Below are positions 21,295 to 32,051 of a DNA stretch of 64,000 nucleotides, piece by piece; position 1 is the first letter of the stretch, and each line of letters begins with the position of its first letter. The DNA comes from a virus. Its lineage: Duplodnaviria > Caudoviricetes. The DNA lies in the IMG/VR virus record IMGVR_UViG_3300032285_003957, positions 64,001 to 128,000 of that record. One strand, given 5' to 3'. Under the pieces are notes generated by a model. It saw nothing but the letters and a program-made list of their open reading frames with translations. It was not told the DNA's origin and made no database searches. The position numbers and the translations under genes were made by a program.

Positions 21295-22037
21295 GTTTAT
21301 TTGAAGAATTAATTGAGGATAAGGAAGGTGACGAAAGGATTATTAAATCTTTTGAAACTAAAGAAGAATTATCCCCTCAAATATTTGAAGGTAACAAAAT
21401 GCGCGATGACATCAAGGATAAGTTATTGGAAATAGCTGACGACTTTATTGAAAGCCTTGGCGTTGATTTTTTTATTCATGATATTGTTCTTACGGGTTCG
21501 CTTGCAAATTACAATTGGTCTGATTTTTCAGACGTTGACCTACATATCATGATTGATTTTAAAGAATCGAAATATAATTCCGATATCCTAAAAGAGTTTT
21601 TTGATGCAAAAAAAGCGGTATGGAATGAAAAACATGAAGTAATTGTAAAAGGTTACGATGTTGAATTATACGTTCAAGATGTTGAAGAAGAGCATGTATC
21701 ATCCGGTGTTTATTCTGTTTTACACGATAAATGGTTGGTTAAGCCGAGTAAGAATAAGGCGAAGATTGATGACAGAAAAATATTAAGCAAAGGTGAGGAG
21801 TTTGCTAAGAAAATTGACGCTTTGATTGCGCAATCGCAAAAAGGTGTTAATGTTTTAGATAAAATCGAGTCCTTAAGAAAGAAGCTTAAGGAGTTTAGAC
21901 AAAGTGGTTTGGATACGGGCGGTGAGTATTCTTATGAAAATTTAACCTTCAAACTATTGCGTAGAAACGGATATATTGAAAAACTATTAAAATTAAAAAC
22001 AAGCATTACGGATAAAAAATTGTCTGTGGCACAATAA
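21291..22037 (+). CDS. Pol-beta-superfamily nucleotidyltransferase
   Basis: GSLANYNWSDFSDVDLH (GS...DxD) and third acidic residue in DVELYVQD. Confidence 0.78.
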   Translation: MSLFEELIEDKEGDERIIKSFETKEELSPQIFEGNKMRDDIKDKLLEIADDFIESLGVDFFIHDIVLTGSLANYNWSDFSDVDLHIMIDFKESKYNSDILKEFFDAKKAVWNEKHEVIVKGYDVELYVQDVEEEHVSSGVYSVLHDKWLVKPSKNKAKIDDRKILSKGEEFAKKIDALIAQSQKGVNVLDKIESLRKKLKEFRQSGLDTGGEYSYENLTFKLLRRNGYIEKLLKLKTSITDKKLSVAQ

Positions 22038-22106
22038 ATACCCTTATTTTTTTCCGTATTACAATGTATTTATATGATAAGAATAAGTTAACTTAATTAT
22101 TAAAAA

Positions 22107-23096
22107 ATGGCAGATTTGAAACCAGTCGGTAGCGAAAAGTTACAAGGTGACGAGAAAATGAAAAGAATTCTCGAATTAACATACTACGGTAACAATAAAA
22201 AATCCTCAACAACTAAACCTGAGTTAGTAAAAGAATCTAAAATAGGTGGTGTATATGGTATCGTTAAAGAAAAAGACGGTTACTATGTTAAAAGAGGTTT
22301 AAATGAATCATCACTCGATTATATCGGTGGTATGTTCATGAAAAATAAAAACAAATTTAGCTCATACGGCGAAGCTTTAAAAAGATTAAATCTTATTCAA
22401 GGTCAAGACGAGTTAAACGAAGCAACAAAGTATGTTTTAAAACCATCAAAACCTGAAGCGGAATTACCGGAACAAGACATGCCACCTGCACCGGCTCCTG
22501 CACCTGAAGATGCGGCTGCTCCTGCACCTGATGCCGCACCGGCTCCTGATGCTGCTCCTGCTCCAGAAATGGGCGATGCACCTGATGGTCCTGATACCGC
22601 AGATTCTGTAGGTAGTGGTGACGAAGAAGGAAAGCGTTCAAGCTATATGGCTGAAGTTCAAAAATACGCGGGTAAATTAGGTCAAGAATTAAGAGACCAA
22701 CATGAGAAAATGGAAAGCGATGATATCAAATACGTTTTAAACATGATTATATCTGCGGTTGATTTAGACAAATTAGACGATGAAGATATTGAAGAAATAG
22801 GTAAGAAATTTGAAAGAGACGAAGAAGGTGAAGAAGGTGGTGAACAACCAACAGGTGAAGAGCCTGCTGTTGAGCCAGAAGCTGCTCCTGACGCTCCTGA
22901 TCAAGATATGGGCGAGGGAATGAATGCTCTTGAGGCATTTGTAAATTCAGGCGCACCTGCTCAACAAAATGAAACAAGTTTATCTGACTACATGGATGAA
23001 AACAATTCTATGGATGGTGGTGATAAAACTGAATACATTGATTTAGAAGAAATAAAAAAAGCATTAGGTAATACTTTAAGCAAATACTTCAAATAA
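22107..23096 (+). CDS. Acidic, Pro/Ala-rich hypothetical protein (probable head-associated)
   Basis: ORF track; APAPDA repeats; several L/V-x-E sites. Confidence 0.7.
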   Translation: MADLKPVGSEKLQGDEKMKRILELTYYGNNKKSSTTKPELVKESKIGGVYGIVKEKDGYYVKRGLNESSLDYIGGMFMKNKNKFSSYGEALKRLNLIQGQDELNEATKYVLKPSKPEAELPEQDMPPAPAPAPEDAAAPAPDAAPAPDAAPAPEMGDAPDGPDTADSVGSGDEEGKRSSYMAEVQKYAGKLGQELRDQHEKMESDDIKYVLNMIISAVDLDKLDDEDIEEIGKKFERDEEGEEGGEQPTGEEPAVEPEAAPDAPDQDMGEGMNALEAFVNSGAPAQQNETSLSDYMDENNSMDGGDKTEYIDLEEIKKALGNTLSKYFK

Positions 23097-23099
23097 CAA

Positions 23100-23501
23100 A
23101 TGCATCTAATATATGTCAATGAAATCGGCTCCGATTACAAAGGTCAAAAGCAATACGAATTCATCTTCAGTGAATCCACTGAAATTGACATGGGTGAATG
23201 GTTTGTAATTCCCGCATCTGCATCAACCCAACCAAAATCTCCTGACATGGAATATGTCGATGTGGTTGGTTTATTAAAAAATACTGATTTACAATTAGAC
23301 TTAATTCAAGACTCCGATTATTTCGGAGTCATTGATGCTGTAGATGGTGTCATAGCGTTAGCATGGGAAAAATTCGATTTTGACGCCGAAAATGAAAGGT
23401 TAACTTTTAAATTCGGAGAATCGATTGATAGCGTAACTAAAAAATTAAAACAAAGGTCATTTGTTTTATTAAAAGAAGAAATAAATTTCAAGAATATATG
23501 A
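23100..23501 (+). CDS. Hypothetical protein
   Basis: ORF track, contiguous in the operon. Confidence 0.7.
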   Translation: MHLIYVNEIGSDYKGQKQYEFIFSESTEIDMGEWFVIPASASTQPKSPDMEYVDVVGLLKNTDLQLDLIQDSDYFGVIDAVDGVIALAWEKFDFDAENERLTFKFGESIDSVTKKLKQRSFVLLKEEINFKNI

Positions 23502-24772
23502 AACGTTCAGAATTAATACAAAAATTGGTTAATGAAGGAATGTCAGCAAAAACGTTGGCTAATTTCAATGACAACCAAATAAATGATTTAGCTAAAAGAA
23601 TGTTAGGTGAACAAGCGACACAAACATCAGGAAAAGCTCCTGTAACTGTAAGTGCAAAATTACCTAACGCTGCTCAAATTGCTACAGGTTTATCTAATTC
23701 AGGGACACCTGCAAATATTGGTGAAGAATTAAAAGGTGGTCAAAAGAAATTAGATAAAAATCATAACGGTAAAATTGACGCTCAAGATTTTAAAATATTA
23801 AGAGGTCAAAAAAAGAAAGAAGTTAAAGAAGATTTAAAAGGCGACCAAAAGAAAATTGATGCAAATCACAATGGTAAAATTGACGGTCAAGATTTTAAAA
23901 TATTAAAAGCTAAAAAAGAAGATATGAAGGAGGCTGATATGGGATTAACCGTTAAAGCTCCAAAATCAAGTGGTTCAGTATTTGGTGCACCTGTTAAGGG
24001 CGCAGCAAAAACAACACCTAAGAAAAAAACAGCCCCTAAAAAGAAAGAGGTTGAAGCAACTGAGGAAGATGAATCTGATGATTCATTGCATGATGTAATT
24101 CATAACGCAATTAAGGAAAAATTAACTAAGGATTTGGATAGAGAACCTACTGATGACGAGGTTAAAGACGCACATAAGAATTATGTTAACGATTGTAAAG
24201 ACGATTCAAATGAAGAAGAGTCTGATGAAAAATCTGATGATGAAAGCGATATGGATGAATCAAAACCATCTGCAGGTCTTTCTAAAGAGAAAAAAAGTGA
24301 AGTTGTAAAGAAAGCTAAGAAGGGTGGTGATATTGGTAAAAAAGGTAAAGGATTTGAAAAATTAGCGGATAAAGCAGCTAAGGAATATGGTAGTAAAGAA
24401 AAGGGCGAAAAGGTTGCAGCTGCAGCTATGTGGAAGAATCTTAATAGAGAACAAAAGGAAGTAAATAATTGGGTAAATAATTTGGCTGAAAGTAATTTTT
24501 ATCATAGTTTTACGTCAAAAGAAGAAATTATGGAACTTATCAGCACAAAATTAACAGAAGCAGACATGGCAGTTGCACACGGTCCAAACGTAAAAAAAGG
24601 TCACAATGGTGTTCCTGAATTTATGAGTTACGAATCAATTAAATCTGCGGGTCCCGCAACAGCACCAACAAAACCAACAGTTAAACCAGGAACTAAACCA
24701 GGTGAAAAACCAAAAACACCTTATAATCCGGGCAAAAAACCTAATCCAAAGCCAAAAGCTTCGTTTGAGTAA
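23498..24772 (+). CDS. Modular hypothetical protein with two EF-hand-like repeats
   Basis: LKGGQKKLDKNHNGKIDAQDF and LKGDQKKIDANHNGKIDGQDF. Confidence 0.7.
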   Translation: MKRSELIQKLVNEGMSAKTLANFNDNQINDLAKRMLGEQATQTSGKAPVTVSAKLPNAAQIATGLSNSGTPANIGEELKGGQKKLDKNHNGKIDAQDFKILRGQKKKEVKEDLKGDQKKIDANHNGKIDGQDFKILKAKKEDMKEADMGLTVKAPKSSGSVFGAPVKGAAKTTPKKKTAPKKKEVEATEEDESDDSLHDVIHNAIKEKLTKDLDREPTDDEVKDAHKNYVNDCKDDSNEEESDEKSDDESDMDESKPSAGLSKEKKSEVVKKAKKGGDIGKKGKGFEKLADKAAKEYGSKEKGEKVAAAAMWKNLNREQKEVNNWVNNLAESNFYHSFTSKEEIMELISTKLTEADMAVAHGPNVKKGHNGVPEFMSYESIKSAGPATAPTKPTVKPGTKPGEKPKTPYNPGKKPNPKPKASFE

Positions 24773-24787
24773 AAAATATTTGTATAA

Positions 24788-26149
24788 ATGAAATTTTCTA
24801 AAAAGAATTTGTTATCTTTGATTGAATCAAACATTAATGAGATGGCAATGGATTATGATACACCCGATAGACCGCATGGTGATATTACGGGTAAATTAGA
24901 AACAGGAGATACTCCGTTACAAAAAATTCCTTTACCTCAAACAGGTAGAGAAGAAGGTGCACCGGGTCAAAATTTCCAAGAGTTATTAGCATCTGAAAGA
25001 TATAAGCAAGTAGTAGCTAAAGTTAGACAATATACAGGTCAAAACGCACCAATGAACGCTGATAGAGGTATAGGTCCTTTAACTCAGATGATGATGGGTG
25101 CTCATAACAGAATTGTTCAAATTGAAGCATCACACAGAGCTGAGTTAGAACAATTAGCTGTTGAATTGGTAATGAAAGAAATGGGCATTCCTGAAGGTTC
25201 ATTCCAATGGGATGTTAAAATTGTAGGTATGGGTGAAATTAATACCGATAATTTTAATAGAGAACAACAACAAGAACCCCAAATACCTCAAGTAAACATT
25301 GAAGTTGAGGAGGAGTTAATGACAGATTTGGAGCAGTTGAATCTAGAGAAAGCCAAAAGAAGAATGATGAATGCTATGATACAAGGCGCATCTAAAAAAG
25401 GCCATTACATGTATCATTTAGTTCCTGAAAGAATACAGCAAATCACTGGTTCACAAACATTATTAAACGACTATGGCATATTGATGTCAATTAACGATAG
25501 CTTATATTGGCAATTGGGTGATGACACAATGCAAATGATGATGAATTCTGCAGGTGGTGTTGGTGGTAAAGAAGAGGTAGATACTCAAACAGACCCTCCA
25601 ACAATTAAAGTTAGAGCGTTGAATTTCCCTATATGTGTTCACGAATGTATAAAGGGTGTTATGGAAATATTTGCAATTCACGGTCAACCTGAAGATGACG
25701 AAATGAATCAAGCGGTTTCTGATAGTGAAGACACATTAGAAAAAGAAATGTGGGATTTACGTTTAGGACCTGCTATTTGGGATAGAATCAGATTACAAAT
25801 GCCAGAGGATATTTTAACCGATGAAAATAAAGTTGAAATACAAAACTACTTGTTAATGGAAATTTTCAAGTTACCTGCAAAAAAGTTTTTAGTTTTATGT
25901 AAGGAAGTGGTATCAGGTAGTGATGCAGGTAAGAGATTACTTAGTGAATTAACAGATAACATCATCAAAACGTTTAATGACGAAGAAATTAACGATTTAT
26001 TTAATAGTGATTTAGACCAATTGACTGATGAAGAAGATGACGACGAATTAAAAAGTTGGTTGAATTCAATAGGCGTTGATTTACCAAATAGTGGAAATGA
26101 CGACGAAGAAGATGACGATGACGGTGGGGAGTTAGTTCCTGCGAGATAA
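24788..26149 (+). CDS. Acidic hypothetical protein
   Basis: ORF track, 453 aa. Confidence 0.75.
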   Translation: MKFSKKNLLSLIESNINEMAMDYDTPDRPHGDITGKLETGDTPLQKIPLPQTGREEGAPGQNFQELLASERYKQVVAKVRQYTGQNAPMNADRGIGPLTQMMMGAHNRIVQIEASHRAELEQLAVELVMKEMGIPEGSFQWDVKIVGMGEINTDNFNREQQQEPQIPQVNIEVEEELMTDLEQLNLEKAKRRMMNAMIQGASKKGHYMYHLVPERIQQITGSQTLLNDYGILMSINDSLYWQLGDDTMQMMMNSAGGVGGKEEVDTQTDPPTIKVRALNFPICVHECIKGVMEIFAIHGQPEDDEMNQAVSDSEDTLEKEMWDLRLGPAIWDRIRLQMPEDILTDENKVEIQNYLLMEIFKLPAKKFLVLCKEVVSGSDAGKRLLSELTDNIIKTFNDEEINDLFNSDLDQLTDEEDDDELKSWLNSIGVDLPNSGNDDEEDDDDGGELVPAR

Positions 26150-26154
26150 TATTG

Positions 26155-26181
26155 AAAAGAGGGTTTTAACCCTCTTTTTTT
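26155..26181 (+). terminator. Intrinsic terminator
   Basis: AAAAGAGGG-TTTTAA-CCCTCTTTT plus T-run. Confidence 0.7.
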
Positions 26182-26193
26182 GTATTTATATAT

Positions 26194-27975
26194 ATGAATT
26201 CAAAAATAGAACAATTAAAAGAATACGCAAGAATTATTAAAGATACACCATATGCTTTGAAAACATATCTTCAAACATATGACAATACGCAGAAGAAATA
26301 CGTTCCAATGGATTTATTTCCTGACCAAATTCAATTGATTGAGGATTACGAAAAGTATAACGAAAATATCACAAGGAAATATAGACAAGCAGGTGTTACT
26401 ACAGTAACAGCAGCATGGTTATCAAAAAAATTACAATTAGCAAAACCTGAAAACCCCGAAAGAGTCTTAGTTATTGCGAACAAAAAAGATACTGCAGTGG
26501 AAATGGCTAACAAGATTAGACATTTCTTAGAACAATGGCCAGAATGGTTAAACGTAGGGTTTTCACCTGATAAAAACTCTGAAAGTAGATTTAGATTAAA
26601 CAATGGTTGTGAAGTAAAAGCGGTAGCAACATCTGCGGATGCATTACGTGGTTATACACCAACAGTATTGGTATTTGACGAAGCTGCTTATATTGAAGCG
26701 GGAGAAGATTTTTGGGCGGCGTCTATGGCCTCACTTTCTACGGGAGGTAAAATTATATTAGTATCAACACCGAATGGTTATGACCCGATTTATTATGGTG
26801 TTTTTGACCAAGCATTACGCGGTATAAATGATTTCCATATTACAGACTTAAGATGGTTTAAAGACCCTCGTTATACCAAAGATTTACGTTGGGTTAAGTG
26901 TAGTGATATTTGTCATTACATGTTAAACAGAGAACAATACAATGATGATGAAGTTGTTATGTATGATTTTGATATTGAAAAATATGAAGAATACATGGAA
27001 CAAGGTTACAAACCATTCTCATCTTGGTTTGAATCAATGTCAAAAAAATTCAAATATGATAGACGTAAGATTGCACAAGAGTTGGAATGTGACTTTTTAG
27101 GTTCGGGTGATGGTGTAATTCCTGGTGAAGTCCAAGAGAACATTGCTAAGAATTTAGTTAGACAACCAAAAGAAAAATATATGCAAGGAACTTTCTGGCA
27201 ATGGAAAGAACCAATTCAAGGACATCGTTATATTATGGGTGTCGATGTTAGTAGAGGAGATAGCGAAGACTTTTCATCAATTAACATTGTTGATTTTGAT
27301 GATAGAGAACAGGTTGTTGAATATATTGGAAAAATACCTCCTGATGACTTAGCTGCAATTGCATACAAATGGGGAATATTATATGACGCATTTATCGTTA
27401 TAGATATCACAGGCGGTATGGGTATCGCAACGTCAAGAAAGTTACAAGAATTAAATTATAAACACCTTTATATTGATGGTGTAAACACACAAAATATTTG
27501 GGAATACAATAAAAAAGCCATGGAGAAAATCCCTGGTTTAAACTTTAATAATAAAAGAACACAAATTGTTGCAGCATTTGAAGAACAAGTAAGAAAGGGA
27601 TTTGCAATTCGTTCTACCAGATTATTAAATGAACTTAACACGTTTGTTTACATAAATGGTAGACCTGATCACATGAAAGGAGCACATGATGATTCAATCA
27701 TGAGTTTATCTATGGCATTGTATGCTGGTGACATGTGTTTCAATCAGTTACAAAAAAATGATGCAAAAAATAAGGCCATGATTGAGTCTTGGGTATCATC
27801 AGAAAGAACATACGAAGCAAATAAAACCTTTTATTCATACGGAACATCTTTAGACCCAATAGGTTCTATGGCCATGGATGGTGGTGTTAATAACATATTT
27901 CATCAAAATAACGACACTCGATTACCACAAGAATCATATAAGGAGTTCGGTTGGTTATTCGGTAGACCAAGATAA
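26194..27975 (+). CDS. terL: Terminase large subunit (T4 gp17-like)
   Basis: KYRQAGVTT Walker A, LVFDEAA Walker B, STPNG, nuclease GVDVSRG and HDD. Confidence 0.92.
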   Translation: MNSKIEQLKEYARIIKDTPYALKTYLQTYDNTQKKYVPMDLFPDQIQLIEDYEKYNENITRKYRQAGVTTVTAAWLSKKLQLAKPENPERVLVIANKKDTAVEMANKIRHFLEQWPEWLNVGFSPDKNSESRFRLNNGCEVKAVATSADALRGYTPTVLVFDEAAYIEAGEDFWAASMASLSTGGKIILVSTPNGYDPIYYGVFDQALRGINDFHITDLRWFKDPRYTKDLRWVKCSDICHYMLNREQYNDDEVVMYDFDIEKYEEYMEQGYKPFSSWFESMSKKFKYDRRKIAQELECDFLGSGDGVIPGEVQENIAKNLVRQPKEKYMQGTFWQWKEPIQGHRYIMGVDVSRGDSEDFSSINIVDFDDREQVVEYIGKIPPDDLAAIAYKWGILYDAFIVIDITGGMGIATSRKLQELNYKHLYIDGVNTQNIWEYNKKAMEKIPGLNFNNKRTQIVAAFEEQVRKGFAIRSTRLLNELNTFVYINGRPDHMKGAHDDSIMSLSMALYAGDMCFNQLQKNDAKNKAMIESWVSSERTYEANKTFYSYGTSLDPIGSMAMDGGVNNIFHQNNDTRLPQESYKEFGWLFGRPR

Positions 27976-28029
27976 TATACATTTTATCAATTATTAATGT
28001 TATATTCTTAAAGAAAACTATTTATATAC

Positions 28030-29868
28030 ATGGCAGAGCAAAACATGACAGTCTTTCAGAAACTTACCAAGATGTTTGGTTATCCTGGTAAAGTTGACCA
28101 AGAAAAGTCACCTTCGTTTAATTTTTCAAAAGACGAGTTATTAAAAACAGATAGCAAAGAAGAATATGAAAAGGCCTTGTTACAAGCACAGCAATCATCA
28201 TACATTGCTGACAAATGGACAAAACTTGATCAATCTTTATACAATCAATCGGTTTATTATGAACCAAATAGATTAGCAGCATATTACGATTATGAATCAA
28301 TGGAGTTTACTCCTGAAATTTCAGCGGCGTTAGACATCTATTCAGAAGAATCTACAACGATGTCTGAAAAGGGTGAAATATTAACCATATTTTCGGATTC
28401 AGATAGAATTAAAACTGAATTGGATGATTTGTTTAATAACAAATTAGACATTAACACAAACTTACAAATGTGGGCTCGTGGTTTATGTAAGTATGGTGAT
28501 AATTTTGTTTACTTAAAAATTGACCCTGAAGCAGGTATTGTTGGTGTTCAACAATTACCAAATATTGAAATAGAAAGAATTGAAGGTGCTTCATCAAAAT
28601 CACCTGTTCAAAGAGAGATTAAATTACCATCAAGAGAATTACGTTTCCAATGGAAAAATAAAGAAATGGAATTCCAAGCATGGGAAGTTGCTCACTTTAG
28701 ATTATTAGGTGACGATAGAAAGTTACCATATGGAACATCAATGTTGGATAAGGTTAGAAGAATTTGGAAACAATTACTTTTAGCTGAAGATGCTATGTTA
28801 ATTTATAGAACAACAAGAGCACCTGAAAGACGTGTGTTTAAAGTGTTTGTGGGTAACATGGATGATAAAGACATCGAACCATATGTTCAACGTGTTGCGA
28901 ATAAGTTTAAAAGACAAGCTGTTCCTGATGCTCGTAATGGTCAAGTGGATATGAGATTTAATCAAATGGCGGTAGACCAAGATTATTTCATTCCTGTTCG
29001 TGACCCATCACAATCAAGTCCAATTGAAACTTTAGCAGGCGCTCAAAATTTAGGTGAGATTGCGGACATTGAATATATTCAAAAGAAAATGTTAGCAGCT
29101 CTTCGTATTCCTAAGGCTTTCTTAGGTTTTGAAGAAGTTGTTGGTGATGGTAAGAATCTTGCATTAATGGATATTCGTTTTGCAAGAACAATCAATAAAA
29201 TTCAAAAGTCTTTAATACAAGAGTTAAATAAAGTTGCGTTAATCCATTTATACCTTTTAGGTATGGAAGATGAATTAAACAACTTCCAATTATCTTTAAG
29301 TAATCCATCGACACAATCTGATTTATTAAAAATTGAATCTTGGAAAGAAAAAATAACATTGTATAAAGACGCAACATCTGACCAATCACAAATAGGTATT
29401 TTACCTGTATCACATACATGGGCTAAAAAGAACATTCTTGGATTTAGTGATAACGATGTTATTCTTGATTTACAACAACAACGTCTTGAAAGAGCTATCG
29501 GATTTGAATTAACGAACACACAAAACATTATTAAACGTTCAGGTGTGTTTGATGAAGTGGATGCTAAATACGGTATACCTGAAGAAGAAAGAGAAAAGCT
29601 TGAAGCATCTGGCCAATTAGGTGGTGAAGCACCTGGTGGTGGAATGGGAGCTATGGGCGGCGGAGCATCAGCACCACCATCACCTGCGGGTGGAGGAGCG
29701 GAACCATTAAGCGAAGGTTACTCTAAACCAAATAAAACGAAGAAATCTAAAATATTAAGTCTATTGGGTGATGAAAGTTCTGAATTTAAAGATTTATTTA
29801 ATATGGAAAAGGCTCAACAGAATATTTATGAGATAGAAACAAAATTAAACGAAATTATAAACGAATAA
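28030..29868 (+). CDS. Portal protein (T4 gp20-like)
   Basis: EDAMLIYRTTRAPERRVF, DYFIPVR, IETLAG, ALRIPKAFL. Confidence 0.92.
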   Translation: MAEQNMTVFQKLTKMFGYPGKVDQEKSPSFNFSKDELLKTDSKEEYEKALLQAQQSSYIADKWTKLDQSLYNQSVYYEPNRLAAYYDYESMEFTPEISAALDIYSEESTTMSEKGEILTIFSDSDRIKTELDDLFNNKLDINTNLQMWARGLCKYGDNFVYLKIDPEAGIVGVQQLPNIEIERIEGASSKSPVQREIKLPSRELRFQWKNKEMEFQAWEVAHFRLLGDDRKLPYGTSMLDKVRRIWKQLLLAEDAMLIYRTTRAPERRVFKVFVGNMDDKDIEPYVQRVANKFKRQAVPDARNGQVDMRFNQMAVDQDYFIPVRDPSQSSPIETLAGAQNLGEIADIEYIQKKMLAALRIPKAFLGFEEVVGDGKNLALMDIRFARTINKIQKSLIQELNKVALIHLYLLGMEDELNNFQLSLSNPSTQSDLLKIESWKEKITLYKDATSDQSQIGILPVSHTWAKKNILGFSDNDVILDLQQQRLERAIGFELTNTQNIIKRSGVFDEVDAKYGIPEEEREKLEASGQLGGEAPGGGMGAMGGGASAPPSPAGGGAEPLSEGYSKPNKTKKSKILSLLGDESSEFKDLFNMEKAQQNIYEIETKLNEIINE

Positions 29869-29870
29869 AA

Positions 29871-30617
29871 ATGAATAAATTTGGCATTGTTAAATCAAAA
29901 TTGTTAACTAAGTTAACTGAATCTTACGCAAACGAAAATAAGGCGGAGATTAAAGATATTTTAACAACTATAAAGGAAAATAAAGATTTTAAAGAAATGT
30001 ATTTGTTCTATGAAGAAATCGAAAACAAGTATATTGAAGATAAGGATACCGCAAGATTATACGTTGAGGGATTAAATACGTATTTTGGTCAACCAATAGG
30101 TAATTGGGGTAAACTAAACATGTTTTGTGAATCTTTACATAATAAATTAGGTGATGTTGAAATTGTAACAAACGATTTATATGAAGCATTAGATGTATTA
30201 TCTGAACCTGACAAATTATCCAATATTGAAAAGAAGGTAACCGCAAAAAAGAAATTGGTGGAACATTTATCAACTAAAAAGGAAATTAAAGAATCAAAAG
30301 AAACAACATTAGTTCCAAACGAAAATTTATTAAACGCTGTTTTGGCAAACAATTTTAACGTATTATATTCAAATACACTATCTGAATCGGAAAAAGATGA
30401 ATTGAAAAATATCTTATCAATTTCACACGATGAATTAATAACTAAATCAAACGAATTAGCAGAATCGGTTATTAACCAAGTATCTACACTTTTAAGTGAA
30501 TCAAATGATACGGATTTATCCAACAAATTAAAGGCGGTAAAGGATGAGGTGACTCAAATGTCCCCGTCGCGATACAATTACTTTAGATTAAACGAATTAA
30601 AAAATGGTCTTAATTAA
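29871..30617 (+). CDS. Hypothetical helical protein in the head module
   Basis: ORF track. Confidence 0.7.
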   Translation: MNKFGIVKSKLLTKLTESYANENKAEIKDILTTIKENKDFKEMYLFYEEIENKYIEDKDTARLYVEGLNTYFGQPIGNWGKLNMFCESLHNKLGDVEIVTNDLYEALDVLSEPDKLSNIEKKVTAKKKLVEHLSTKKEIKESKETTLVPNENLLNAVLANNFNVLYSNTLSESEKDELKNILSISHDELITKSNELAESVINQVSTLLSESNDTDLSNKLKAVKDEVTQMSPSRYNYFRLNELKNGLN

Positions 30618-30801
30618 GACCATTTCTTTTTTGTTGAATATACACCGCTTTTAGCTTTTGCGTTCTTTTCTTAACTGAAGGTTTTACAAATACTTGTCTC
30701 ATCCTTAATTCTTGAACTTGCTTAACTTTTTGAACTTTATTTTTATAAGTTCTTAACGCTGTTTCAATACTTCTTTCTTTAGATAAATCAACGATAATCA
30801 T
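30610..30801 (-). CDS. rpsU: Ribosomal protein bS21, Bacteroidia-type
   Basis: SIETALRTYK...ELRMRQVFVKPSVKKR...KAVYIQ; opposite strand within the head module. Confidence 0.88.
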   Translation of the reverse strand: MIIVDLSKERSIETALRTYKNKVQKVKQVQELRMRQVFVKPSVKKRTQKLKAVYIQQKRNGLN

Positions 30802-30903
30802 ATTATATAATTATATAACAAAAATATAAAAAATTTTTGGAATTCTAAAATATTTTATTTATTTTTTAAATAACACCATAAAATATAATAATATGAAAAA
30901 TTA

Positions 30904-31329
30904 ATGAAAACAGGTAAGTATATCCCATTGGGGATTTACAACAATGTAAAAATCGGGTATGGAACAGTAGATTTTAAAAATCTTAAAACAATCTACTTAA
31001 AACTTAATTCTTGGTTACAACCCGAAATTGAAGATGAAGATTATGACAATCTAATTTTTAAAACAAGAAAACAAATAAAGCAAATTATCTATAATATGGG
31101 TAATGCCAATTTCAAACAACAATGTATTGTTGATTTGGACATAAGGACCAAAGGTATTAAAATGGAAAAAAGGTCTTTTATGAATTTGGAAATCACATTA
31201 TATGTTGACAAATTCTTTGATGTTAAGTCAAAAGAAATAAAAACGTTAACAAGAACTATCATGGAAACCGTTGTTGATAATGGTTTAACGGATAAAAAGC
31301 TATTCAATTTTCATAATACTAAAAAATAA
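30904..31329 (+). CDS. Hypothetical protein
   Basis: ORF track. Confidence 0.7.
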   Translation: MKTGKYIPLGIYNNVKIGYGTVDFKNLKTIYLKLNSWLQPEIEDEDYDNLIFKTRKQIKQIIYNMGNANFKQQCIVDLDIRTKGIKMEKRSFMNLEITLYVDKFFDVKSKEIKTLTRTIMETVVDNGLTDKKLFNFHNTKK

Positions 31330-31367
31330 TAGCGATATCGAAGTATTTATAGAAATAAAATCTATAG

Positions 31368-32051
31368 ATGAAGATATTAGGACCAAAAGATTCCGGTCAC
31401 GGAATATTAATTGAATACGACGCGGGACATGTTTCCGCTGAAGAAAATAAGCATATTCTTAGAGAAGCGAAGGATATAGATTTTTCGCAAGATTTAATTT
31501 TATACGCAGTTTTACAAAAATATGACACTCCTAATAAGAATGGTAGGATTTATCCTAAACCCATTCTTATGAGGGAGAATGAGAAATATCAATCCGTAAT
31601 TAAAAAAGGTGGTGCTCTAAATGAATTAAACCACCCATCCTCATCCCTTATTGATTTAGACCGTGTATCACACTCAATTCTTGAGACTTGGTGGGACGGT
31701 AAAATGTTAATGGGAAAAATCAAATTATTCACATCACCCGGTTGGAGAAAAATGGGTATTGTATCCACTAAAGGAGACCAAGCTGCAATGTTATTAATGA
31801 ACGGAGCAACTTTAGGTATCTCATCACGTGGTGTCGGTTCTTTAAAGAACGTTAAAGGTGAAAACATTGTTCAAGACGATTATGAATTAGTTTGTTTTGA
31901 CTTAGTTTCTTCACCATCAACACCTGGTGCATATGTTTTCCAAGATTTAAAAGATAGGGATCAATATCAAGAATCAGTGCAAGAAAAACCCCAAGAAGTG
32001 GACAAAATGAAAAAATTAATGGGGAAACTTGATAATTTTTTAGGTAAATAA
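31368..32051 (+). CDS. Prohead core protease (T4 gp21-like)
   Basis: NKNGRIYP, ELNHP, VSH, GISSRGVGS, FDLVSSPSTPGA. Confidence 0.9.
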   Translation: MKILGPKDSGHGILIEYDAGHVSAEENKHILREAKDIDFSQDLILYAVLQKYDTPNKNGRIYPKPILMRENEKYQSVIKKGGALNELNHPSSSLIDLDRVSHSILETWWDGKMLMGKIKLFTSPGWRKMGIVSTKGDQAAMLLMNGATLGISSRGVGSLKNVKGENIVQDDYELVCFDLVSSPSTPGAYVFQDLKDRDQYQESVQEKPQEVDKMKKLMGKLDNFLGK

